DNA of 47,702 bases from a virus (taxonomy: Duplodnaviria > Caudoviricetes): IMG/VR virus record IMGVR_UViG_3300020045_015253, positions 1 through 47,702 of that record. One strand, given 5' to 3'. A program made the translations under genes and the position numbers. The notes under the pieces are model-generated. The model had not been told where the DNA came from and did not search any database. It saw nothing but the letters and a program-made list of their open reading frames with translations. Positions 37,777 to 46,276 of the stretch are shown piece after piece. The first letter of the stretch is position 1. Each line of letters begins with the position of its first letter.

Positions 37777-38133
37777 CTACCTGATTCTAAGTTTCTTTTC
37801 GATTAACCAAACTCTATCCAGGATTGATTTTCTGTTCCAACCAGTCTCAGTCTGAATGGTATCAATATCCTGACCTTTTAAAAGTCTCGTTCTAATTTCT
37901 TCAGTCATATTGACTTTTCCAATTGTTCCTTTTTCTAACATTTCTTTCATCATTTTTGCTCTGTTTTCTGATTCAAGTTTTCTAATGTTCTCTTTTTCTT
38001 CTTTCTCAATGTCTTTGAGTTTTTGACTTTCTTCTTTCAAAAGTTTCATTGCATTTGCAAGTTCTAATTTTTTTTCGTTCATTTGTTTAGCTGATTCAGC
38101 TAACTGACTTTTTAAAATTTCTAAAGTTGTCAT
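37777..38133 (-). CDS. Coiled-coil + C-terminal HTH protein (paralog 2)
   Basis: KVNMTEEIRTRLLKGQDIDTIQTETGWNRKSILDRVWLIEKKLRIR. Confidence 0.8.
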   Translation of the reverse strand: MTTLEILKSQLAESAKQMNEKKLELANAMKLLKEESQKLKDIEKEEKENIRKLESENRAKMMKEMLEKGTIGKVNMTEEIRTRLLKGQDIDTIQTETGWNRKSILDRVWLIEKKLRIR

Positions 38134-38314
38134 AATAAAGTTATAATTAAGGATTAGACTTACTACACATGTAGTAACCTTTTTAATTATATATTAAAGA
38201 TACTATTTTAAATTGATAGTAGAAAATATTTTTAGTCAACAAATACTAACAAGTGTTAAAATTTTAGTTAAAATAAGCTAAAAAATAAGCAGTTATTTAG
38301 AATAATTATAAATA

Positions 38315-38568
38315 GTGACCTGGTGCTCCAGTCCACAATTCGTAAACCACCTTTCCCACACTTCCCACCTCACTCCACCCCACCCCTCTCAATCCTCACA
38401 AGCACACATTAGCCTCCATTTTTCACACACTAAAAATCCCACACATCTTTGCAGTGCCTAAATATCACATTTGCTTAGTATTTGGCTCATTTTGGGCTCC
38501 ATTTTGGGCCTCACGTGCGCGCGCATATAAATATATAATTGTATGGAAATATTGTAACCTGGAGCTCC
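38315..38568. other. Non-coding C-rich/G-poor tract with short repeats, bracketed by a 15-bp direct repeat
   Basis: GTGACCTGGTGCTCC at 38315 and GTAACCTGGAGCTCC at 38554; only 2 G in 38343-38450. Confidence 0.7.
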
Positions 38569-38702
38569 GATTGCGACCAAAATGGGTTAGAATGGCCTTA
38601 AAAAGCTTGTGAAAAAAAAAATAACATAATTTGCACCAACGTAAGAAAAAAAAGCTTATATTTGAGTTTGAGTTCAATTCAAAGTTTATTAAAGTCATAT
38701 CT

Positions 38703-38870
38703 ATGGAAGGCAAAAGATTAAGTCCACAGGCTGCTGAATATTACAAAAGGTTACTTTTAGTCTCTGATAGGTACTACCTACTAATGAAGAAGCGTAATCA
38801 AACGCGAATTATAACTTCACTTTTACTTTTAGTAGCTGTTTTAGAGGCTGTATACATAATAATGTTATAG
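38703..38870 (+). CDS. Small protein with C-terminal transmembrane segment, upstream of portal
   Basis: MEGKRLS...IITSLLLLVAVLEAVYIIML; ATG at 38703 preferred. Confidence 0.5.
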   Translation: MEGKRLSPQAAEYYKRLLLVSDRYYLLMKKRNQTRIITSLLLLVAVLEAVYIIML

Positions 38871-38874
38871 CAAA

Positions 38875-40116
38875 ATGGGATTTTTCAACTTTGGTAAGAA
38901 GGGTGCAGATTTAGGAATAGTAAAGCAGGAAGATGGAACGTTTTTCTACCCTGTTGGTGCCGGTAAGTCGTTTATCTCTGGTTCAATGGAAGATAAACGC
39001 AGACTTGAGATGTTTTTAACTGTACCTGAGTTAAATGCTATCCTTAACATGCGTGCGCGCGCTGCTGGTAACATGAAAGTTATCTTAGTGGATAAGGATA
39101 CCGAGGAAGAGGTTAAGGTTAGTGACCCAATAGCTGACAGACTACGGAATCCTAACTACTTTCAATCAAAAGAAGAGTTTTTCGGTCTCACTTCGCTATT
39201 CAGAGATATTTTCGGTGATGAATTTATCTATATGCAGCAACCAGGTCGCTTAGCTCCAAGTGGAATATTTACACTACCACCTCAGCAAGTACACATAGAA
39301 AATGAAGGGTATGAGAAGTTGAACCCGTTTTTTATGTACCGCAAACTCCCTTCCTCTATTGTTTATAGTTATCGAAACTACGATGGAAAGAATTATAGGT
39401 TAGATGACTCCAAACTACTTCACCTTAACGACAATAATGTTAAATCTAACACTGAGTTATCATTTTTGAAAGGTAATTCTAAGATTGATGCTCAACAAGC
39501 ACCACTTGAAAACATTTTAGCAGCATATGAAGCCAGAAATGTGCTTATAGTAAATCGTGGAGCAATAGGCATACTAAGCAACGCATCTAAAGATGGAATT
39601 GGTGGCGTAGCCCCTCTTGATGTTAAAGAAAAGGCTAAAGTTCAGCAAGAATTTTCAAAGTATGGTCTTACGAAGTCACAATGGCAAGTAATAATCACTA
39701 ACTTGAGTCTTAATTGGCAACAAATGGCAATAGATGTAGATAAATTACGTCTATTTGAGGAAACAAAAGAAGATACACTTAAATTATGTGATGCATACGG
39801 ATTACCACCGGAAATGCTTAGTGTAAGCAATGGAGTAACATTTGCTAATAAAAGAGAGGCTCAGGTACAGTTTTATCGTGATACTGTGATTCCGGAAACT
39901 GGTGCGCGAATCGCTGGTATAAACAAAAAGTGGTTTGCTGACAAAGATTATGAGTTAGCAGCAACATTCGAACATCTTCCTATATTTAGTGAAGAGTTAA
40001 AAGACCGTGCGCGTAGTCTAATGCTTGTTTGTAATGCTCTTTCTCGTGCTTTAGATGGGCAAGTAATAAGCATAGAGGAATATAGAAAAGAATTAAAGAA
40101 ATTTGGTATAACATAA
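38875..40116 (+). CDS. Portal protein (HK97 family)
   Basis: LRNPN, FGDEFIY, LPP, RGAIGIL and LCDAYGLPPEML...TFAN motifs. Confidence 0.92.
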   Translation: MGFFNFGKKGADLGIVKQEDGTFFYPVGAGKSFISGSMEDKRRLEMFLTVPELNAILNMRARAAGNMKVILVDKDTEEEVKVSDPIADRLRNPNYFQSKEEFFGLTSLFRDIFGDEFIYMQQPGRLAPSGIFTLPPQQVHIENEGYEKLNPFFMYRKLPSSIVYSYRNYDGKNYRLDDSKLLHLNDNNVKSNTELSFLKGNSKIDAQQAPLENILAAYEARNVLIVNRGAIGILSNASKDGIGGVAPLDVKEKAKVQQEFSKYGLTKSQWQVIITNLSLNWQQMAIDVDKLRLFEETKEDTLKLCDAYGLPPEMLSVSNGVTFANKREAQVQFYRDTVIPETGARIAGINKKWFADKDYELAATFEHLPIFSEELKDRARSLMLVCNALSRALDGQVISIEEYRKELKKFGIT

Positions 40117-40127
40117 AAAATACTGCC

Positions 40128-40970
40128 ATGGAATTTGATGTAGACTTATTAGTTAAGAAGAAAAAAGATATACCATTTAAAATTAAAAATTCAGGTGTAT
40201 CATACAAAGAGATTGACACTACTAACAGAGTTGTTAAGTTGGTAGCTAATACTCTTTTGTTTTTTGACCATGATTTTGATGCTCTTGCTAAAGGTTGTGC
40301 TAACCGTTCAATTGCAGATAGAGGTGCAAAAGCAAATAGCGTTGAAAAAATTGCTCATTTACTTCATCATGACATGCACAGACCTGTTGGTAAGTCGCAA
40401 CTCGAGTCAGAAGAGGTAGTAGATGGTAAATCAGTATTATATTGTGAGTCATTCTTACCTGAAACAACTGATGGTGACGATACTTTAACAAAGTATGAAG
40501 TTGGTATGTATAACCAGCATTCTGTCGGGTTTAAGTATCTTGATATTGAGTTTGTACAAAAAGGTGCAGCTAATTGGGATAAATGGATTGCAAAGTTAAT
40601 TAACCCTGAAGATGCTGATGAAGTAGGTTATGGTTGGAATGTAAAAGAGATAATGTGGTGGGAGTATTCAACCGTTACTTTTGGAGCAAACAAGTTAACA
40701 CCATACTTAGGTACAAAAAGTGAAAATAAATATGATGTTGCTGGTATCATATCACAAAAAATTGCTATCTTAGCAAACAAAGCAATGCGTAGGGAGATTA
40801 AGGATAAAAAAGCTTTCGATTTCGAACTTTCGCAGTTACAACAAATGATACTTGAGTTATCTACAATGAGTACACCTAAGAATGATGCCCGCGACGGCTC
40901 GTTAGACGAAGGTAATTCTAAAGTGGTTAGTCTAAGTGGATTTAGTAAAAAACTTAATTTAAATTTTTAA
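40128..40970 (+). CDS. Prohead maturation protease (HK97/S78 family)
   Basis: HLLHHD..PVG, HSVGF and EYSTVTFGAN motifs. Confidence 0.88.
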   Translation: MEFDVDLLVKKKKDIPFKIKNSGVSYKEIDTTNRVVKLVANTLLFFDHDFDALAKGCANRSIADRGAKANSVEKIAHLLHHDMHRPVGKSQLESEEVVDGKSVLYCESFLPETTDGDDTLTKYEVGMYNQHSVGFKYLDIEFVQKGAANWDKWIAKLINPEDADEVGYGWNVKEIMWWEYSTVTFGANKLTPYLGTKSENKYDVAGIISQKIAILANKAMRREIKDKKAFDFELSQLQQMILELSTMSTPKNDARDGSLDEGNSKVVSLSGFSKKLNLNF

Positions 40971-40975
40971 AAACA

Positions 40976-42388
40976 ATGAGAACAAAAAAAATTCTTACAG
41001 GGCTCCTTGGGTTAATTCTCATAGTTGTAGCCGCCGCCGCTTTTTTTAGCGGAGATTACACTTTTGGCTCGCTTGTACTTGCTGCTCCGTTGGTGCTGCC
41101 TGTTATTAAAGCTGAGTCTATTTCTGATTCTGAAGCTTTAGCTAAAGAACTTAATGATGTTTTTGGTAAAATGAGTGCGTCATTGAAACAAGCTATTGCA
41201 GAAGAATATAAAGAAAAAGGTGCCATTACACTTACTGAGTTGGATGGAAAACTGAAAAAACTAGGTATCGATGAAACTGTAATTAAAAACATTACTGAAA
41301 GCATTTCCGATATTGATATTAAAATTCAGGGTTTAAATTCAAGTAATGGTAAAACACTTGGTTTGAAAGATTCTATTGCTAAAGCATTTGGAGCAGAAGG
41401 TCTTGCAGCTAAAATTGCCGATGTATTTCAGAAAGGTAGTGGTATTGTTGATGTACTTAAACAGGTTGGTAATATTACAACTGGTCAAGTAACAACTGAT
41501 TCTGGTGGTAATGCTTTGCTTGATATGCTTAATGCAGACGAGATGATGGATATTCGTTTAACTACTCCATTTATTGAAGAGTTCGCAAATACCGGTAGAA
41601 CCTCAAAACCTGTTTATAGTTATGTTGACTATATTCCTGGTGAAGGTGATGTTGCATTCATTGCAGAAGGAAACGAAAAACCACAGTTAGACCTGGATAT
41701 TACTGTTAACACTGAAGCACCGAAAAAAGCAGCCGGTTATGAAATATTAACTGATGAAGCTATGCAGGATATTCCACGCATGGAATCAAATGCTAAAAAC
41801 CTGTTATTCAAAAAGTATTTACTAAAACGTCAGAATGGTATTTTATTTGGTGATGGCATTGGTGCTAATCCACTTGGAGTTACAGCCATTGCTTCTACAT
41901 TCAATCCTGCTTCTTGGACTGGTACTAAAGTAAAAAGCCCAAACCTTTATGATGCTATTGTTGCTGCTGCAAACATGATTTTCACAACAGTATCATACAC
42001 TGATGATGTTGAGTACTTTCCAAACGTAGCATTCGTTAATCCTGGTGATTTTTCAGCATGGAAATTACAGAAAGATTTAAACAATGGTTACTTATTCCCA
42101 TCAATTACTATGTTTAACAACAAAGAATTGGATGGTATCAAAATCGTTCCTAAGAATAAAATACCTGCAGGTAAAATCCTTATCGGTGACTTCACAAAGT
42201 TGAATATCATTGATTATATCGCATATAGCGTGCGTATTGGTTGGATTAATGACCAGTTTATTAAGAACTTATTTACCATGCTTGGTGAAGGCCGGTTCTT
42301 TGTATACGTTAAGAATCTCGACCAGAGAGCATTCATCTATGATGATATTGATAACATCATTGCGGGTATCGAAGAAGTAGTAGCTTAA
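40976..42388 (+). CDS. Major capsid protein (HK97 fold) with hydrophobic N-terminal extension
   Basis: FIAEGNEKP, ILFGDG..NPLG, FVNPGDF, IPAGKILIGDF and DQFIKN motifs. Confidence 0.92.
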   Translation: MRTKKILTGLLGLILIVVAAAAFFSGDYTFGSLVLAAPLVLPVIKAESISDSEALAKELNDVFGKMSASLKQAIAEEYKEKGAITLTELDGKLKKLGIDETVIKNITESISDIDIKIQGLNSSNGKTLGLKDSIAKAFGAEGLAAKIADVFQKGSGIVDVLKQVGNITTGQVTTDSGGNALLDMLNADEMMDIRLTTPFIEEFANTGRTSKPVYSYVDYIPGEGDVAFIAEGNEKPQLDLDITVNTEAPKKAAGYEILTDEAMQDIPRMESNAKNLLFKKYLLKRQNGILFGDGIGANPLGVTAIASTFNPASWTGTKVKSPNLYDAIVAAANMIFTTVSYTDDVEYFPNVAFVNPGDFSAWKLQKDLNNGYLFPSITMFNNKELDGIKIVPKNKIPAGKILIGDFTKLNIIDYIAYSVRIGWINDQFIKNLFTMLGEGRFFVYVKNLDQRAFIYDDIDNIIAGIEEVVA

Positions 42389-42406
42389 TCTTTAAAGTAT
42401 ATCGAA

Positions 42407-42847
42407 ATGAAAAAAGTAATTTTTATATTTGCAATTCTTTTGGTAGCCATTGGAATGCAAGCACAGACTTATACTGCTAAAATGCCAGCAGAAAACACAT
42501 ATATAAGTTCAGCTATTGGTACATCTGGTTTTAGATTAACTAATACAGATACTGTTGATGTTATTGTTACTTTAAATACACATCAACCATTTACATTTGA
42601 TGCAACATTGCAGGTTGATTCAATTTCAGGTAATCCAACTGGTACTTTTTATATATTAGGTAGAAAGGACACTTCTGCATCATGGACAGCTATAGCTAAC
42701 GTTGCTTGGACAAGTACTAATGATGCCACTAATATTGTATCGCATACTACAGCGCTTAGATATAGGCAAATATTATTAAGGTTTATTACTGGTGGTACTG
42801 GTGTTACTGATGCCGATAGATACTCACTAAAAATATGGCGAGAATAA
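42407..42847 (+). CDS. Signal-peptide-bearing beta-rich protein right after the capsid gene (decoration-like position)
   Basis: MKKVIFIFAILLVAIGMQA|Q; jelly-roll-like strands ending YRQILLRF. Confidence 0.7.
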   Translation: MKKVIFIFAILLVAIGMQAQTYTAKMPAENTYISSAIGTSGFRLTNTDTVDVIVTLNTHQPFTFDATLQVDSISGNPTGTFYILGRKDTSASWTAIANVAWTSTNDATNIVSHTTALRYRQILLRFITGGTGVTDADRYSLKIWRE

Positions 42848-42867
42848 TCACTTCTAAAATAAATAAC

Positions 42868-43074
42868 ATGAACGCGAAGAAAGGCCCGTACAGAAAGTTA
42901 ACGCGAGTAGAAATACTTGCAGACTACTCACGCTACTCAAAAGGTAATGTGATTGAAATGCACCCGGTTTTGGCAAAAAGATTAATTGCTATTGATGTAG
43001 CTAAGGTTACAACAAAAGAATTATCTAAGCCACAACAGTTACCAAGTGCAAACATTCGTTCCGGAAAAGAGTAA
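42868..43074 (+). CDS. Small head-associated protein
   Basis: V.IL......KG.VIE....AKRLI...VA pattern of post-capsid small proteins; ATG at 42868 preferred. Confidence 0.55.
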   Translation: MNAKKGPYRKLTRVEILADYSRYSKGNVIEMHPVLAKRLIAIDVAKVTTKELSKPQQLPSANIRSGKE

Positions 43075-43086
43075 AAAATTGTAGCT

Positions 43087-43632
43087 ATGTCTATTATTGA
43101 TAAAACATACTTTAAAGCAGATATAACTCTTCCTAAGTCTGAATTTGATAACATTCAAGAGCATATTGACGTATTTGAAAAAAATGTGTTAATTGATTTA
43201 TTTGGTTATAAATACTACAAGGAAGTTATAAAAACAGGTGTTGATTTGGTTGAGCCATTCAAATCACTTGTTGAAGGAGCTGAATATGAAGATATTTACA
43301 ATGGCAAAACAATTCTACTTAAATGGATTGGATTGAAAAATGCCGAAAAAGTTTCTTTAATTTCTTACTATGTTTACTGCTACTGTATGCGTTCATTAGT
43401 TTCAAGTACACAATCAGTTGGTGAAACTAAGTCTAAACAGGCTAATAGCACATATGCTAATATTTTCGGAAAAGTTTTAGCAGCATGGACTAACTTTGAA
43501 AAAATGTACGGAAGTGCAGATAATTCCAAAGTTATTCCATCTGCCTATAACTACTTGTTAAAGCACGAAAGTGATTTTCCAGATTGGATTTTTACAGAAC
43601 TTAAAGGGAGTATGAACAGTCATGATTTATAG
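43087..43632 (+). CDS. Head-tail adaptor
   Basis: Position after the capsid genes; helical 181 aa. Confidence 0.6.
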   Translation: MSIIDKTYFKADITLPKSEFDNIQEHIDVFEKNVLIDLFGYKYYKEVIKTGVDLVEPFKSLVEGAEYEDIYNGKTILLKWIGLKNAEKVSLISYYVYCYCMRSLVSSTQSVGETKSKQANSTYANIFGKVLAAWTNFEKMYGSADNSKVIPSAYNYLLKHESDFPDWIFTELKGSMNSHDL

Positions 43633-44152
43633 ACCAATTGTAGATATTATCGAAGAAGTTGTAAACGAGGTAAGAAACGATTTTACTTCAGAACAATTAA
43701 TTCCATTCTATGATTATGGTACAACGCTTGAAGTTGTTAATCGCCTTAGGGCTAAAACTGATAGCAATCAATTTTATGACAAAAAGTATCCTTTAATTTG
43801 GTATGTTATAGGTGACTCTGTTAATGAAGAGGTTGATAATAAAAAAGCAACTAAGAGACATGTCAAAGATAACACTATCATTATCTGTACTGAAACCAAA
43901 GCTGAATATTCGTCTAAAGAAAGATATACTAATGTTATTAAACCAATTTTGCGACCACTTTACGATTTATTTATGCTTAAACTAAAACAGAATAAAACCG
44001 TTAGGTCTATCGATGGTTTTAAGCATGAATACTATGAAAATCTATTTTGGGGTAGAGCTGGTTTATATGGGCATGATGGTAACATCTTTAATGACCGACT
44101 TGACGCTATCATAATTGATAGTATGGACTTATTTATAATTGAAACTTGTTAA
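43622..44152 (+). CDS. Tail terminator/neck protein (allele B)
   Basis: 4 aa differences from 75..605. Confidence 0.6.
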   Translation: MIYRPIVDIIEEVVNEVRNDFTSEQLIPFYDYGTTLEVVNRLRAKTDSNQFYDKKYPLIWYVIGDSVNEEVDNKKATKRHVKDNTIIICTETKAEYSSKERYTNVIKPILRPLYDLFMLKLKQNKTVRSIDGFKHEYYENLFWGRAGLYGHDGNIFNDRLDAIIIDSMDLFIIETC

Positions 44153-44164
44153 TAAAAAAATAAA

Positions 44165-45061
44165 ATGGCAATTCAAAAAGTATGTGTTGATTCTCTTGGT
44201 AACATTGGGTCGTTAGCCTGTTCTAAAGGTAACCCATTTGTTGACGCTGTGAGTTTGCTTATCACTACAAGTGATTTCGAATTTGCAACTATGAGTGCTT
44301 TTGCCACAGAGGCTACCATGAAAACTGGTATAAAAGCTGGCAAAGTATTTCCTCTCCACGAAATAGTGGAATACGAAGATCAGAGTGAAGACTCTAAATA
44401 TTACGAATCATCAAGTGGCGTAAGAGTTCCTCGTGGTCTTGGTAAGTACCGTTATGTATACCTTTTCAATAAAGGTTTAGAAGTTCACAAAGCACTTCAA
44501 TCGTTCCGCAACGCTAACCTTCGCATGTTTATAGTCGACGATGCTGGAAACATCTGTGGATTTTCACCTGATGGTATTAAAGTGCAAGGTTTTACAGTAG
44601 GTATGTTTAATCCTGAAAAAATGCGTACTGCAATGCAGGACAATACTCCGGCTTTTACTCCGATTGTAGTTGATTTACTTGACTCAAAAGAGTGGAATGA
44701 AAAAGGTGTTTTCGTAAATCCCGGTTGGGTTCCAACAACTCTTGAACCTGTTTCTGATGTTGAAATTTCAGTAATTACTCATACAGCTGTTTTAGTTGTT
44801 TTAAGAGTTGCATATTTTAATGGATTAAGTTCAGATGGTTCAGATAATCTTGTTGGTGTTTCCGGTATTTTGCAGACTGATTTCGTATTTACAACAACTG
44901 CTCCAACTGCTGCCGCAATGATTGATAATGGTGATGGTACTTATAACTTCCCTGGTGTTGGAATGACTTCAGGTTCTGTTACACTTAAAACACCAGCACT
45001 CGCAGCTTCTGATGGTTACCCTATTAAAGCAGTTGCACCGGCCACTATAACTATTCCTTAG
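44165..45061 (+). CDS. Major tail tube protein (allele B)
   Basis: About 86% identical to 617..1513. Confidence 0.7.
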   Translation: MAIQKVCVDSLGNIGSLACSKGNPFVDAVSLLITTSDFEFATMSAFATEATMKTGIKAGKVFPLHEIVEYEDQSEDSKYYESSSGVRVPRGLGKYRYVYLFNKGLEVHKALQSFRNANLRMFIVDDAGNICGFSPDGIKVQGFTVGMFNPEKMRTAMQDNTPAFTPIVVDLLDSKEWNEKGVFVNPGWVPTTLEPVSDVEISVITHTAVLVVLRVAYFNGLSSDGSDNLVGVSGILQTDFVFTTTAPTAAAMIDNGDGTYNFPGVGMTSGSVTLKTPALAASDGYPIKAVAPATITIP

Positions 45062-45092
45062 GCTGTATAGGTTTTTCATAGTTTAGTTGATT

Positions 45093-45521
45093 ATGTTTAG
45101 GAGGCTAAGAGCGTTAATGAGTTTAGGTAGTTTAGATGAAATAATTGTTGAGTCGATTAAAGAATCTGAGGAAGAATTACTTGACTTATTACGCTCGCAG
45201 CTTTCTGTTGGTGAAAAAGGTGATGGACAAATGCCACCATACCTTAGTGAAAAGTATGCTGAGTATAAGCAAAAAATTGGTTCTAAGGCACCAGAAGGTA
45301 TAACTGATTTAAAATTAACTGGAGCTTTTCAAGATAAGTTAAGGTTGATTATGACAAAAACAGGTGCAAGAATTAGGTCTTATGATAAAAAGAAATCTGT
45401 ACTACTTGATCATTATGGTAAAGAAATATATGAACTTAATGCAGAAAATCAAACTTTTTATTTAAAGCAAATATTATTTCCTATAATAATTAAAAAAACA
45501 AAAAATGTCATGTACAAATAG
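45093..45521 (+). CDS. Neck/tail completion protein (allele B)
   Basis: Homologue of 1547..1975. Confidence 0.55.
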   Translation: MFRRLRALMSLGSLDEIIVESIKESEEELLDLLRSQLSVGEKGDGQMPPYLSEKYAEYKQKIGSKAPEGITDLKLTGAFQDKLRLIMTKTGARIRSYDKKKSVLLDHYGKEIYELNAENQTFYLKQILFPIIIKKTKNVMYK

Positions 45522-45807
45522 AACAAGTAAGTTTCAGGCAGATATTAGTGTAGTAGAAATACTTGCACAAAAAACTGCTGATTTATTGCAATGCAAACAA
45601 GTAATCTATAAAACTATATGCAATGGTTCAATGGTTTTTAAATTTGCTGAAAAGTGGGAAGGCAAAATCGAAAGAACAGTTTACCCAACAAGTAAAGTAC
45701 AACTCGACAGAAACGATATTAGTAAAAGTATTCTTCGAAATTCTGAAGACAGGAAACACACAGTTATTGAATCCGGAAAAAGTAAAAATACAACAAAAGG
45801 AACTTGA
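45505..45807 (+). CDS. Hypothetical protein (allele B of 1959..2258)
   Basis: Homologous ORF. Confidence 0.55.
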   Translation: MSCTNRTSKFQADISVVEILAQKTADLLQCKQVIYKTICNGSMVFKFAEKWEGKIERTVYPTSKVQLDRNDISKSILRNSEDRKHTVIESGKSKNTTKGT

Positions 45808-46276
45808 TTTAATTTGGGAGAATATACTTAAAGATTATTATTTTAATACTAATAAGAAGAGGTATAAACAACTTATTTCAAAAGAAAAAGCAAAGTGGTT
45901 AATTAGAAATAAGATAACTTCATGTTCTGCTTGTTTATTACTTATTAATATACCAAACTCACTTGAAAGAAAAGAAGCTTTAAAAACACTTGAATATTTT
46001 GGTTATAAAGATTTTAGTAGTGAAAAGATTGAATCATCATTACTTAAAGATAAAAGTAAACTTGAAATACTAACTAACCAAAATGAAAGTACTAATAAAA
46101 ACGAAGAAATCAATTTTTGGCGAATACTTAGTCAAGTTGAAAATGCTTTAGGTCGTCAATTGGATATTGAAAAAATCACACTCGCTTATTGGATTGAACT
46201 AATCAAGGGTATTAAAGAAAGGAGTTTAGAAAATGGCAAACAAAGACGGAATACAAAAGTACGACATAATTTCTAA
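45623..46276 (+). CDS. Putative tail assembly chaperone (allele B)
   Basis: Homologue of 2077..2721. Confidence 0.55.
   Translation: MVQWFLNLLKSGKAKSKEQFTQQVKYNSTETILVKVFFEILKTGNTQLLNPEKVKIQQKELDLIWENILKDYYFNTNKKRYKQLISKEKAKWLIRNKITSCSACLLLINIPNSLERKEALKTLEYFGYKDFSSEKIESSLLKDKSKLEILTNQNESTNKNEEINFWRILSQVENALGRQLDIEKITLAYWIELIKGIKERSLENGKQRRNTKVRHNF

Larger units (their letters stand above)
1..43547. mobile_element. Complete circularly permuted tailed phage genome unit (siphovirus-like, probable Bacteroidota host)
   Basis: Position 1 recurs at 43548. Terminase, portal, protease, capsid, tail tube, tape measure, holin and replication genes are all present and no host genes are seen. Confidence 0.93.

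Noticed and set aside
38465-38713. 82-aa minus-strand ORF
   Set aside because: Runs through the repeat/regulatory tract and has atypical composition.
1-43547. Integrated prophage / lysogeny module
   Set aside because: No integrase, CI-like repressor, ParA or flanking host genes recognised.
1-43547. Stop-codon reassignment
   Set aside because: Core genes are full length under code 11, and TAA, TAG and TGA all terminate genes.
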